A stretch of 64,000 bases of DNA from the human T2T-CHM13v2.0 reference genome, Homo sapiens (GCF_009914755.1 NC_060927.1); one strand, 5' to 3'; shown: positions 1 to 15,775, counted from the stretch's first letter. The notes: generated from the sequence alone by a model not told the origin. Translations and numbers: made by a program.

Positions 1-16
1 GGTAGGTTTAAAAGGC

Positions 17-40
17 GAAACGGGAAAGGGAAACGGAAAG
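17..40 (+). promoter_or_regulatory. Tandem ISRE/IRF-element (GAAANNGAAANNGAAA)
   Basis: GAAA at 17, 24, 30, 36; CGGGAAAGGGAAACGGAAAG closely resembles the recalled ISG15 ISRE (CGGGAAAGGGAAACCGAAAC); CpG-containing context at the window edge. Confidence 0.55.
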
Positions 41-110
41 GGAGGAGATCAGAGCGGGTGGCTCTTCTGGCAGGCGGTTAATGGTGGAAGAATGGAATGG
101 GCTCCGTGTC

Positions 111-200
111 TTCATGGAAGGACTGAATACCATCACTAGCAGGGTGTCCTGAGATTTCACCACTGGCTTTTCTCTGGCCTGACTCCATCACTTCGGGGAA
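111..200. promoter_or_regulatory. Two GAS (STAT) motifs TTCN3GAA
   Basis: TTCATGGAA at 111-119; TTCGGGGAA at 192-200 (reverse complement TTCCCCGAA, the IRF1-type GAS core). Confidence 0.4.
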
Positions 201-277
201 AAATGAGGTTCAGCACATTCTTATATGAAAGCTATATAATCTTATAGAAATATATTTTAGCATTCATTCATTCAGAA

Positions 278-617
278 AAGTGGATCTTAAAGTGGTCTGT
301 AGACTCCTAGGGGTCCTTAAAACACTTTCAGGGAGTTCGCAAGACCAAAATTATCATTCTAACAACATTAGAGCATTAGTTGCCTTTTTCACCCTCATTC
401 TCACACCAGGCCACAGTAGAGATTTCCAGAGGCTACATGGTATGCGATGATATCATTACTCAGACAGCTAATGGAATGTGTGTTTGTGCATTCAGGTATT
501 TTAATAACTTCTCACTTTTAATTTTGAAGAGATATACCCCACATAAATAAAATCTCTTTTAGTTTTCAATAATTAAGAATGTGAAGTGACTCTGGAACCA
601 AAAAAATTGAGAACTGT
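278..617. mobile_element. hAT-Charlie (Charlie1-like) internally deleted DNA transposon
   Basis: Resembles recalled Charlie1 5' end (aaagtggtc...ggggtcc...gcctttttcac.ctcattctc...tttccagaggctacatg) joined to its 3' end (ccacataaa...accaaaaa..ttgagaac). Confidence 0.7.
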
Positions 618-1747
618 TAATTTTGGACAGCTGCTTCTAAAACTGGTTGGAATAGCTCTAAGATGAGTTTCCTGGGGACTTTTTGTTTTCATTTCTGCTA
701 GCTTCCCTTTCTTTATTTCAGAACTCATAGGATTAGATCTCACTGGAAAAGGAAGGGAACATCTTGTTAGACTATTTTATATCATTTAAAGACTTTTAAA
801 TATAAAATCAAATGAGAGGAAATGGATTTTTCCATGGCAGAATCAGCCTTTTACAACATTAATCTTCTGCATCTTTAATTAGTTTATGCTACAGAAGAGG
901 ATGAGGAACTAGCTAACAGGCAATATATATTTACTTCTAATTTATAGGAAGGTTACAAGAATCCCAATCTTCCAACCAATCAAGGGCAGAATGATTCCCC
1001 TATCTCTTGTTAAGAGTTGTGCAAATTCTACAAAGCTGTGGAGATCCCTGTAGTTGAGTCTATGAACTCCAGAAAAAATAGTGATAGCCAGGAAAAGTAA
1101 TTCAAAATGACCCAACTTTAAGATGTCACTGCTAAAAACTCTATATCCTGAATTATACTCCTGTTCACAATAAAAAGATCAACAAATACTGAGCAATCAT
1201 TCCAATAATACGTACACACAGACTTATCTCTATTTGGAAAGACCCACACAATTGAATTTTATGAATTAGAAAGGTAATTAAGACTCTCAGCCTATAGTTT
1301 TTGAACAATTTAGATAATAGGTCTCTCTTCTCCTTGGGAGTAACTGGTAACTGGGACCTTTCATAGATGAGAGGGCAATAATTTATTTAGGTCACTTCGG
1401 AAAGAGGTGTCTGCACAATAAATTTGCACCATAATTGTGGAAATAGTTAATGCCCACCTCTAAGAAGTGGACTCATTTTTTAACCCTCTATTCTATCTGC
1501 ATGGAACATGGAAGGCCTGCTCTATGCAATGGTAGCTTTGAATTTAATTTTTGGCCAATTTCTCACTTTTTTTAAAAAAAGGGAAAATTGAAAATACGTG
1601 ATTATGTTATTGAATATTTGAAATGTATATTTATTTTTAAGTAACAAAAGTGAAAATGTGATGTGAAATAGGAAAAGATGCCTTTCCTTTCCTTTTGTTC
1701 TTGGGACCCGGAATTCAAAAAAGGTAATCAGATTCCTAAGTCCTTGA

Positions 1748-2121
<374 letters not shown>

Positions 2122-2160
2122 TCATCTTTGATTCTCTTTCTCATTCTCCTCCTCTCAAAG

Positions 2161-2464
2161 TGTTATGGATTGAATGTGTTCCCCAAAGTTAGTGATAGAA
2201 ACCTAATCCCCAGTGCAAGAGTGTTGGGAGGTGGGACCTTTAAGAGGTGATTAAGTCATGAGAACTCTGTCTTTACAAATGGGTTAATGCCATTATCTTG
2301 CTCTCTTGCCCTTCACTTTCTGCAAGAAGGCCTTTGTCAGATGTGGATCCTTTGACCTTGAACTTCTCAAGCCTCTAAAACTGTAAGAAATGTAAGAAAT
2401 AAATCTGTCCTTTATAAATTAGTCTCAGATATTCTATTATAGTAGCATAAAATGGACTAAGACA
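2161..2464 (+). mobile_element. MaLR solo LTR (MST/MLT1A-like)
   Basis: tgttatggattgaatgtg...gggacctttaagaggtgatta...aataaa...atggactaagaca termini. Confidence 0.85.
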
Positions 2465-2769
2465 CATAGTAATCAACTCTAATCTGTTTGAGATGGATAT
2501 GTTTAAATCCTTGTAATATAGATAGTGTTGTTTTATGTGGGAGTTATTTTTAATTTTCTTTGATGGTATTATGTTTTAAAGCCTAGTTTATATCTTACTC
2601 TTTTTATTCAATACCATGTTTTAAGAAATCTATCCATGTTTAAATAAAACATGTTTATTGCTTCTAACTGCTGCAGAGTATTCATAGAATGCATCTGACT
2701 CATCTCAGTTATTTGCTTCCTTAGTGATGAGCACCAAACCCCACACCATACTGGTGAGTTTTTTGTCTT

Positions 2770-2900
2770 TTAGTACAGAATTTAAATTACATGGAGGCAG
2801 GGATTTTGTCTATTTCATTTACTGTTGTACCTCTAGCACTCGGATGAGTTCCTGCCACATGTTAGAAGTTAGGGAAATTTTTGTTCAATCAACAAATAAA
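2770..2900 (+). mobile_element. L2 3' end fragment
   Basis: ggcagggattttgtc...ctagcac...cctgccacat...tttttgttcaat. Confidence 0.6.
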
Positions 2901-3666
2901 TTTATTTGCATTTGGTTCATATGTGTGGAATACACAAATAAAGCTGCTTAAGTGTTAATTTCCTTACAAAGTCCTTCCCTAACTCCCTAGTCTATCTTAA
3001 GCCTTCTTGTTATATATTCACTATATCCTGGACTTTTCTATGGAAGCACCAATTACGGTTGTAATTATCATTGTCCCACTTCATTGATTCACTGTCCTGC
3101 TTTGTTCATTTGTTGCTAAAACAGCCACTTAACTTTACTATGCATTTACTCTGTCATTTGGCAATGTCTGTCACAGATTTTCAGTGACAAATGATTCTCA
3201 GAGTTGGGTGGTAGAGGTGTCAATAGTAGTGGTTTTGACCAATGGAGAGTCCTGAAATCTCCATCAGTTATCAGTTGAGTCAATTAAAACATCAACCTCA
3301 AGACTGCCCAAATACATATTTAATGGCTATATAAATACAGCATTAAGGCAAATCCTCTAGTCCGTCTTCAACTGCCCTTTTCCCACCATCTTGCTTACTC
3401 TGTTTCCATATAGAAATTCTGAAGCCTCTGACTGAGGCTGAGAAACATTGATCCTGAAGCCTTCAGATGCCTTTAACTATGCATAGCATCATGCTTTCTC
3501 CATCCTGTAGACCACAATTTTGAGTCTTCCTTACCCTATGAAGACCATTCAAACAGAAGGAAATTGAGTGAGGAAAGGAGGGGGGATATCAGAAAAAAAA
3601 AAAGTGAACAAGAGGTTTACAAGAAAGAGTTTAGTGATGACTTCAAGTATCAAAATTATTAAACTA

Positions 3667-4896
<1,230 letters not shown>

Positions 4897-5713
4897 TACT
4901 ACAAAGATTATATTTGGAAAGAATTATCAATTAAATTATTCTCAGTACCCTTGGTTGCTATAGAAAAATATATGGATTTATGCAGTGAGAGAATCTGGCT
5001 CATTTTATGGCAATAATCTAATCAATGAAATCAAGTATTCTACAAGGCTGGATGTAATCTTTACTTCTCTCACTAACCTGTAATTTATTAAAAATAAATT
5101 CAAGATCTATATTGCTAATCATTACCCAGCATTGCAGGGTTAATCATATAAACTTGAAAACCTGGCAGAATCTTTATAGATAACTTAGTAGCTGGCATAA
5201 AATCTAGTCATAGAAGAAATATCCTCACGGGCCGACAATTTCTAGTAGTCAAGAGAACATGGAAAATGTAGTTTAAACATTCGTTCTCTAGTTTAAACAC
5301 TAACTGGTTAGTAGTTTTATCACAGTCGTTGATATCGTTGACCTCATTAACTTCAGTGTATCTTGATGTGTTAAAAAATGCAGAGGAAAAATAAGTGCAT
5401 AAAATAGAAGTCAGACTGAAAATGTTCTGTTTCTTGAAAGCTCAATTAAGAATGAAATGTCAACTCTGTGGTGTGAGCTTTTTAGGAATTGGTTTTGCAG
5501 CAGTCTGACATCCACTTTCAAGTAGAAATCATGGAGTATCTGACAGAAGTTTTCACATGGTTCTCTTTTAAATGTTATCAAGTCTGTTTTCTTTCTTCCT
5601 TCCTTTTGTTCTTCATTTTTTTGATTTTTGGTTTTTGGCTAGGCTTGAGGGACCAGGTAGAAATGTATTCTAAGGTGCTATTGCTTAGAAAGTGTGAGTG
5701 TATGTGTGTATGA

Positions 5714-6032
<319 letters not shown>

Positions 6033-7269
6033 AAAATTCTGAAATTTGATTCAGAAAATAACTAAATATAATGTTGAGAAGTGACTGCTCAGCATTCATC
6101 ATACTTATTCCCTGCTTTGTTACCTACAAGGAAAGGATGACAAAAGTCTTGATATTTCTCTGTGAACCCTGTTTTTCACCCATCACAAATGCTGTATCAC
6201 TGAATCTATAATCATTTCAGAATTCTTTCAAAAAATATTTAAGAATATATCAAACATTACAAGCATGGGTAAATCCTTTTTGTTTCCTTGGTAAGATATT
6301 AGAGCAATTCCTAGCAAGGATGCTTAACTTCCTAGTCTATACCAGGTTTAGAAAAAAATAGCACTCAAATAGATCTTGGGACTTGATAGTACAAATCTTT
6401 ATTTTCTGCTAGCACAAAGGTTGTAAATATTTAGAAGTACGTTATAAATATCTGGGCTTGCAAAGAAGAATTACTTATTTGGAATATTTTAATCTCATCT
6501 AGTTCTCAAGTTCTACCAGGTTTAATCATCTCTCCTTTAATCTATATTAACACATATTAATGGGGAATTTAGCTATCTCATGTTTTGTTCTCCGTAATTT
6601 GTATTTTTCTCTTCCTCCTGGAGTGAGTCAGAAGGCATATGTTACTGTACCTTTGCTCATTCTTGCCATCAGCATATAAACTGCAGCAGGACATTCCTAT
6701 ATATGTAGACTATGAAAATTCTTCCTTTTTATTATCTTCTTATTTTCAGTTCCTTTTGAATGTGGTTTTAATGGACTTATCCTAGCAATATTGTATCATT
6801 GCAGAAAAGGATATGCACAGAGTTAGCAACATATACCATTCTAGGGGCTTCTTAAAAAGTTATTTTAAATACAGTTGTTTGGTTGTTGTAACATACAGCA
6901 CACACTGCCCACAAAAGGGAACTCTAGTTTGTGAAAGGAGCCTGCCATTTTTTAAAAGGTAAAGAGAATAGTTGTTAAACTGTCATAAGGTTGATAACTT
7001 CATCTTAATAATTGTGATAAATAGCAAATAGTTCATCCATGTTACAAAGACACAACAAATTTTAAACACCTTACAATTGCTTTGCCTTTTTTCTCTCTAA
7101 AAAATCTATCAAGGCCTCCTGTTTCAGAGAAAACCTTTAAGATCATTTAGCTGATATCCCCTCATGCATGAAATATATCCATTGCATAGCTAACTGATGA
7201 ATTGATCTAATTTTGTCAGCAAAATTAATTTTTTTCTTTTATCTAGGTTGGTGTTTTAAAGATTCCTGG

Positions 7270-7372
7270 GATCACTTGAACCCAGGAGGTGGAAAGTTGT
7301 AGTGAACCGAGATTGCACCACTGCACTCCAGCCTGGGCGACACAGCAAGACTCTGTATCAAAAAAAAAAAAA
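7270..7372 (+). mobile_element. 5'-truncated Alu (right-arm end plus A tail)
   Basis: cacttgaacccaggagg...gcaagactctg + A tail; imperfect TSD aaagattcctg / aaagatttctg. Confidence 0.9.
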
Positions 7373-7459
7373 GATTTCTGTGTGAAAATCTCAGCTAATG
7401 AGTATTGTACATAATAGTATGTTTTATTAGACGATTATTTTCGATTTCATTCCTGTTTG

Positions 7460-7462
<3 letters not shown>

Positions 7463-7492
<30 letters not shown>
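7463..7492. repeat. (AT)15 microsatellite
   Basis: Perfect AT dinucleotide run. Confidence 0.95.
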
Positions 7493-7494
<2 letters not shown>

Positions 7495-8359
7495 TTCTTA
7501 GAGAAAATCATTATGTTTAAAATATTTGAGAAAGGTAAGTGAGATCACCAACTGGCAATAGAGAGTCTTAAATTAGACACATAATTTAAAAAAATAAAAA
7601 AAACTATTGTACTAGAATCTTAACCTTTAAAGACTTATGTACCACTTATTCCTACTTTTTTATTTGACAAGAAGCTGATTGGAGGTAGAGCTAAGACAAA
7701 AGCCAGGTCTTAGAGTCATTTTTGCATGACATGTACTGTGTCTGTAGCTGTATGGTATCTGTAGAGTCAGACATTTTGGAGTCAGATATTTTCAGGGCAA
7801 ATGGTCTATTAACATCTTGTCCTGGTTTTGTTTGCGTGCAATGCAAAGCGGTCGAGTTTGGCGTTTAAATCCCTAAAATGTCATCTGGTGATTAAGATTG
7901 GACCACAAAAATAGCTCATGCAGCTATAGCCTGAAAGGCTTAGCCCCTCTCTGAGTAAGTGCTGACCCTTACTTAGAGGAAATCCAGGAAAAATGTGATT
8001 GGGAGCCCTGTCCAAGTCCTGATTGATTGTATTTCAATTAAAAAAAGTTTTCAAACATTTTAGGGCTTGAAGGACCCTAAAGGAAGAAGAAAGCTGGAAA
8101 AAAAATGTGTGAGTTGGGAGATTACTGCAATTTACTTGCAGGACAGGACTAGCGAGTGGCGGTTTGAATACAAATAGAATTAAAAATTACGATGTTGCTG
8201 AAACCTAGATTTTTTTTATTAAGTTTGTGTGGGAAGTTTTGGGAGAGGACTGACAGAGAGACAGGAAATGGAATTAAGGGGACAATAGTGGTCGTTAAGC
8301 ATCTGTGCCACCTTGGGAGTCACTTGGAATGTAATCTCCCTTGTAAGTTAGGAATACTA

Positions 8360-8620
8360 GGAATAGCAACTTTTAATGAATGGTTATTATGAGCCAGGCA
8401 CTATTCTAAATTGCTTTACCTGTATTAACTCATTTAATCTTCATAAAAACCCATGAAGTCATTATTATCGTAAGCCCTCCCTTCATTTAAATTTCCTAAA
8501 TGAGGAAACTTAAGTAACATAAAGGTTAGAACATTTACCTAAGGTGTCACAGTGACTTAGGGGCAGAGCAGAGATGGAAGCCCAAATGGCCTAGCTTCAG
8601 AGGCTACGTTAAACACTGTT
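8360..8620 (-). mobile_element. MIR
   Basis: gccaggcactattcta...aactcatttaatc...atgaggaaact...ggtta...gtcacag = reverse complement of the MIR core. Confidence 0.8.
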
Positions 8621-10407
8621 AGTATTGTGCTTGCTGTGCTTAAGACATCAAATAAAATGGGGCTATTGGAACATTCTTATATTAGGTACACCTCATGTAA
8701 GTCAACCTTACAACAGAAAGTTCTTCACTGTTCCCATACCAGAAACTAGTTTGGATCTAAAAATTTTGAATTCTGTTCACTGAACTCTTTTATGTTCCCA
8801 ATGACATGTTTATGCCTCGAACAGTCAAATGGCACCATTTCAATCCCCGTCATCTCCAGGCAGGACTTTCTCCATAATGGATGGATGTTTGGCTCCATTT
8901 TTTAAGCCTTTAAGAGTCTTTCAAATACCTTTTTTGACTTTTTTAAAAAACTCATCTGTCTTTCAGATAAGGAATATTTCTTATATATACAATCTCCTCC
9001 TAAAAACATAAATTGTACAATGGTTTTGGAAGATCTATTTGTTAACAGCAATTTGTAGTCATGATGCCTTTGAGGATGATGAAGAAGGCACATTTTCAAC
9101 TTTTACAAGGACTCTCACTTTTCTAATTTCCCTAATGCTTTTCATTCTGCAGGTATGTGGGTCTAGGTTTCTGGTTTGTCTGCTTTCAAGGCACATGATA
9201 CAAATTCTGTGTGCATTGCTCATGATAAATTCAGCAGGTATCTGTGTAAATGTCATGCTGCATGTAAAGTGACAAGAATTTCACTATAATCTGGCATAAG
9301 GTGGAGCATTAATTAAGGAACATACATACAAATGAGTTGAGGGAAAACATTTTTCTGTTGGGTGGTTTGGAAAATGACCATAATGAACATCGTTGGCATT
9401 TTTGTGACCTATATGAAGGCTGTATGAAGTTTTACCAAAAAACCTACTGAGGTCAGCAGCAGCAAAGCATTAAGTAATAGGTAAGTACACTACTGGCAAA
9501 ATGAGTCGTATTAAAGCTTCAAAGAATAAATCACTATTGATGCAGAATGAATTACATGATTATTGCAAGTCACAGCATATGAGAATTTAATATCATTCAT
9601 ATAGTACTAAATAAAATAGATACATTTACTTGAAGTTGTTATTTTTATGTATGTTCTTTTCTAATTAGTAGAACAAGTGATAATGGCAAAAAGCCTGGAT
9701 GCTCAGATGAGAAAAAAATATCCATTCTACAGAGAGTGAAACTGGGGATTCGAAGCATTAAAAATTATATTACCTCTCCTCCCAGATAAAAGCTAGTATC
9801 CTTTAAAATGTGGCAATCTAATGCTCTTTGACTGTTCTTGTCAAAACTTCTGAGACTTTGGTTTTAATGAATTATTTTCAGGAGAACATCCAAAGGGGAA
9901 ATGAAGTGGGCTAATTCTACTGGGTTGACTAATGCCTCCTCAATTAGTCTTTGCCTTGCTCTTGAGTATAAGTTGTCCTTTGAGGATCACATCATGTTCC
10001 TTACACGTCTTTGCGTCTTCAGCATCAGTACATTCTCAAAAATATAAATTGGAGAAATTTTAGTACCCGTTCCATCTTCCATGGATTTTCTTTCCTCTAA
10101 CTTTGATTTTTTTACTTTAGGCTTAGTAGTGTGGTGCTTTGGTTTCTGTCTCTACATCATCCAGACTTGGCAGGTTAACCCTCACATATAGGTTCAACTG
10201 CTCCTCACACTTTAGAGCCAGTCTTGATTTTAGGAGTGATAAAAAAGTGGAATGGAAAAGTGGTAATAAAGGACTCTACTTAAAGGTCTACATGCCTCTA
10301 GGTGAAACATTACTGCGGTCTTCTCTGTGGTGACCTAGTTTTCTGGAACTTGAAACTTCTTCCTAATTTCCATTCTTCTGGAGGCAGCAATTTTATCTTC
10401 TGTTTCT

Positions 10408-10699
<292 letters not shown>

Positions 10700-10899
10700 T
10701 TATCTTCTGTTTCTATCACTAGGTATCAAGGCCTTGAATCCAGTTGTCTCAGGAGGCCAGATCATAGTATTAAGTATATGTTTGCATCTCTTTGCTGGTA
10801 TTAATCCCTATCCTATTTTGAGCAGAGGGATTTCCTTGCTTTATCTTTTCTTTCCTGTCTAGGCTGTAAACTCTTTCTAAGAGTTTGCCTACAACAGAC

Positions 10900-13362
10900 G
10901 CAAAGGCTCTACTGAACTGGGAAATATCGGCCAGAGCCATTTCCTCTACCTGGGTGCACAACTAAACTATGCTTCCCAGGTCTTCACATCTAGAACAGTG
11001 ACGCAGCCACTGGTACATAAGTCTAGTTCCAGCTGATAAAATTTAAGAAAAGTTAGGTGCCGTATTCATTTTGAGGCAATTAAGAGCAGGATGTGCATTC
11101 TCTAGATGCTCTCTTTCTCTCTCTCTCCACCCAGGCTGAATGATGCTATATGGGTTGTGAAAACATATGTTGAAGAGAGTGAAACTAAAACAAAGTTATT
11201 TTCCTTTTTTTTCCCCCAAGATGCAGTCTTGCTCTGTGGCCCAGGCTGGAGTGGAGTGACGTGATCTTGGCTTATTGCAACCTCCGCCTCCCTGGTTCAA
11301 GCGATTCTCCTGCCTCAGCCTCCTGAGTAGCTGGGATTACAGGCACACACCACCATGCCCGGCTAATTTTTGTATTCTTATTAGAGATGGGGTTTCACCA
11401 TGTTGTCCAGGCTGGTCTCGAACTCTTGATCTCATGATCCGCCTGCCTCGGCCTCCCAGAGTGCTGGGATTACAGGCATGAACCACTGCGTATGGTAACA
11501 AGGTTCTTTTCATTCCATAACGACTGCATGCAGTAGAAACCCTGTTGTCAATCTGCATTGGATTATGATATGCTAAGCCTCTGAGACTCTGAAAAGGTTT
11601 TTTTTTTTTTCCCCAAAAGCAGCTAGTCTTCCTTAATGTATTCACAAGTGGGCTGTGGCTATAATAAAAATCTAAAATGCATGGGAGTGAGTTAGCATTT
11701 GGGTGTCAGAGTTCAAGGAAACAGATACTGGAGGCTGGAAATACAGCAGTCTGTATAATGCACTGACAACACAATTGGTAAGGCTATAACCTGCCATACT
11801 GGGAGGCAGACCATATGCCTGCTCATCTGACAGGCCTAAGGGAGTCAACTGAAAGAATAAAACTATTAACACATGTTGGCTAATATTAATTGGGATTGTT
11901 AAAGATAAAGTTAGCTTTGGGAAGGAATTGACCAACTTGAAAGCAAGATGCATATGAATAGATGAATCTAGAGAACTGGTCTTTGAAGAGCTGGAAAAGT
12001 TGATTGTTTCTAGCTCTGAAACAACTAGAAATAAGATTTGATACCAAATATGACTGAGAAAGCTTGTGAGCAGAAGAAGTTAATGCTTAATAATATTTTA
12101 ACATTATCAAACATATTATTATGTATAATAACAATTGTAATAATATTTTAGATATATTTTTAAAAACCTTTCTAGTTAAGCCTGTTTCCTCAAGGAATTC
12201 TGACTCCTCAAGAAAACAGCCATTAATTTTGGAATGATCTGTTGACAAAAAATAAAATAAATAAATTAGATTTGGGAACTATGGCCATGAAAGGACTTTG
12301 GGTATGCTTGCTATACATCAAACTAATTGGAAACAAATAATTTAGAAGCCTAAAAAAAGTAGTAAACCGGGACTAAAACTCTCCTGCTAAACCCTAAAAC
12401 AATTATTGGAACTTCAGCCTTCATTGAGCAGAAAGTGGGTTCCCAAAGCTTTTCTGCCCCCAGAGAGGGCATAATTTCCAAAAATTTATTTTAATTGTGC
12501 CAATGGAGAATTTTGGCATGGAAGAACAAACTCTCTCAACTGAGAAGGCCAGGGACCAAAGGAGTGATGAATATATGATGTCCTTTCTGAAGCACAGAAT
12601 CAGGTTTGTAATATCTGTCCCACAGGATTTTAGAATTGCTATGTACCAATAACTATTTCGTGTTTTCCATTCTTCCCCTTTTTGAATGGGTATGGTTATT
12701 GCAGTTTTACTGTTCCTGCTCCACCATTATGTAGTCAGTGTTAGAGGGAGGCAGATAATTTCTCTTTCTGGTTCATTAGTCACCAGACCGTGAGAAGCAA
12801 CATGAGGCAAGTTAAAAAGGACTTTATATCATCAGGAGTTTTTGACCTTTCAACCGATTGCAGTGAATGCTTGTGACTTAGAGTTTTCCTTGGGGTATGG
12901 ATAAGTGTGTTCCATATGTGGGATGAAAAATGAAATGAACATTTCCTCCACAAAAGAGTAATGTGGCAGAGACAATGATATGTGTCTTTCAAATCCACTT
13001 CTTTTTCCTTTGAGGAATATTGGTGGACTAAACTTCCTGGCCAACTTGAGATAGATAAGGTTGTGACTGGATTCTTGTGAATGGAACGTGGGCAGAAGTG
13101 TTCTACACAGCTTCTAGGTCTAGTCGGTGAACATCACCCATTAACGTTAATTTATTCCCTTCCTCTTTCAGGGCATCCTTGGAGTTTCTATGTTTAAGAT
13201 GATGGCCACATAAAATGGAAAAAGCCAAGTTTATGAAGCAGAGCCCTCCTGACCCCATCGCCATATTGTTAGATTATGGCATAAGCAACCAATCAGTTTT
13301 TATTATGTGACTGAAAATTTATTTATTTTTTTCTGCAACAGTTAGCCTACCCTGACTACTAC
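10900..13362 (+). mobile_element. Old MaLR element (MLT1I/J-like) with two LTRs (~10900-11645, ~12962-13362) and internal region
   Basis: Two MLT1J-like LTR segments; 3' LTR tgtggcagagac...ccctgactactaca; MLT1-int-like internal stretches (aggattttagaattgctatg...ccattcttcccc..ttgaatgg). Confidence 0.65.
11205..11494 (-). mobile_element. Alu (AluS) inside the MLT1 5' LTR
   Basis: Full dimer. Confidence 0.95.
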
Positions 13363-14142
13363 ATTCAATATTTGCAAGTTTTATTTTTTCATGAAGACAG
13401 TGCTCTTGGGTTTATTTTGTTTTGTTTTGTTTTGATACCTCTACCTTTTCTATTTGATTGAAGCTTCACTTTGTATTGGTAATCCATTCTGGCTTCCTTA
13501 TATTGATTTCATAAATTACTGAATTGAATTCTTGGTTCATTTGTTTTTATTCTGTTTGTTTGTTTATAGTGAAAACATGTAAACCTATTAGTTTTATTCT
13601 GAATATATTTTACTCTGGTTCTCTGAGTATAGCTGTGGCCACATCCCATAAATTTTGACATACTATTTTATCTTATTATGGTGTCTTTGTTATTATTTTC
13701 CAAAGGGCTCCCAGTGAAATTTTTATTTTCTCATTGATGTAAGAGTTTGTGAGAATGGTTGTATATTTCCATGTGGTTCAACATATTGGTTTTAAATAGT
13801 GTTCTGCTTATAGCTGAGAAATTTTGAATATTTCTTAACTTTTTGGAATTTCTCTTATATATTTTACATAATTATTGAAGGTAATAAATGAGAAATTATA
13901 GGCAAAATACTTAACACCATGCTTAATCATAATCACTCAGTAAATATTAGTGAATGATATTGTTTTTAGTGGTAATATCCTGCTAAACTCTAATGATAGT
14001 AAAAGTGCATATAAAGGAAGAACAGTCCAATTTTGCAGTTGAACTGTTTTTCTGAATGGCGGGACAAGCAGAGAGAGAAGAACACAATATTTCCAATTCC
14101 AATTTAACAACAAAAGGATCACTTTCATTTATGTGAAAAAAT

Positions 14143-14690
14143 GTGTATCAGGGTCTTTTGGTTATCTATTGGTGTGTAACAAAACACCCCAAAATTTAGT
14201 GGCTTAAAACAACAACATTTATTTTCCTTACAAATCTGCAATTTGGATAAGTTGCATTTGGGTAGCTCATTTCTGCTCCACTCAGCACCAGCTGGGGCAT
14301 CTCAAAGTCTGAGAGCTGGAATCATCAGAAGTCCTCCTCATTTACACATCTAGTAGTTACTGTTACATTGCCAGCAGTCCTGGCTGCTGGTTTAGACCTT
14401 AGCTGGGATTGTTGGCTAGAAAACCTAACAGTGGACTTACTGTGTGGCTTGGGTTTCCCTGTATACAGTGTCTGAGTACCAAGGGCAAGGTACAGAGAGA
14501 GAGAGACAGAGAGGTGGAAGTAGTACTGACTTTTCTAACCTAGCCATGGAAGTCCAACAGTGATTTCCTCTGTATATTGTTAATAGTACATAACTAAGGA
14601 GGCCCATGTTCATGAAGGAGTGTCAGTGTTGTAAGATCACAGGGGATGGGATATGTTGGAATGACCATCTTTAGAACGTGTGTCTGTCAC
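14143..14690 (-). mobile_element. MaLR solo LTR (MLT1F/G-like)
   Basis: tgtaacaaaacaccccaaaatttagtggcttaaaacaac...ctggaatcatc. Confidence 0.8.
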
Positions 14691-15519
14691 TCTGAATTTT
14701 TAAGGGCTAGTTATTTTCATTTTTATCCCCTACTCTGATGCAGAGTAAAAATTCTTAGCTTCTGATTCAAGGAACGGCTGTAAGTTTTTATGTTTCTTAT
14801 TATTTGTTCTCACGGAATCTTCTTATGTATTTTAGTGGGAACATTAGAGATGCTGGATATTATACTCTTAGAGATGATTTAGACCATGGTGGGCCACTTT
14901 TGAATCCTTTTCCTAATGCCGAAACACAGATCCTATCAGGAAATACTACCAAATCCACTTAGATTGACCTAAACTTGGTGAAATAATTAAAATATACTTC
15001 CTTGTGGATAATTTCTTCCCCATTTAATTTCGCAGTGTATCATTGCTGTGTTTGTGGCAATAACTTTTAAGGATGGTAGAATCTTGGCCGTGGGCTGGAA
15101 ATGTTAGGAAGATTGGAGTAGTGATCTATGCTTTGAACAGCCAAATCTAAATCAACCTTTGAAATATTACTTGGGTTGGCAAGATGCAGCCTGGACTAAG
15201 GACATTACTGCAAGCCAAAAACTTTTTGGAACAGTCGATAAAGCTCTGACATTCATACCAGCTGTGATTTTGATTAAATCACCCTTCCTGCATTCTTAAA
15301 TATTTGCCTTAACTTTATGGCCAGACCTGCTCATCCCCACTACAGAGCGGAAGAGATAGAGCTGAAAAAGCAAGCTATTACTTACTACATTTACTAAAAA
15401 CTAAGTAGCACCAAATGATGAGCTGGCACAGCCTGAGTCAGCTGTAGATCCTAGAGCATGTTCAACCTGGTAAATAAAGCCCAATAAAGAAGTACAAGGT
15501 TAAGTCTGTATCTGTAAGT

Positions 15520-15775
15520 AATAATACTTAATATTTATTGAATGCTTAGTGTGCACCAGGCACTATACTGAGCACTCTATGTTTATAATCACACACGATT
15601 TTATCAAGCAAGTAAAAAAATAGGTATCATTATGATCCTCATTTTAAAGATATTGAAACTAAGGCTCAAGAAGTTAAATAAGTTATTCAAGTTCATACAG
15701 CTAAGTGACAGAGCAGGAATTCAAACTGGAATCTTTCTGACTGTAAACTCTACACATGCAAACACTTCACTACAC
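15520..15775 (-). mobile_element. MIR
   Basis: tatttattgaatgctta...ccaggcact...gaaactaaggctc...gttaaataa. Confidence 0.8.

Noticed and set aside
8650-9480. Cluster of short overlapping ORFs in unique sequence
   Set aside because: No recognisable domain in the frames examined and no polyA/TSD of a processed pseudogene.
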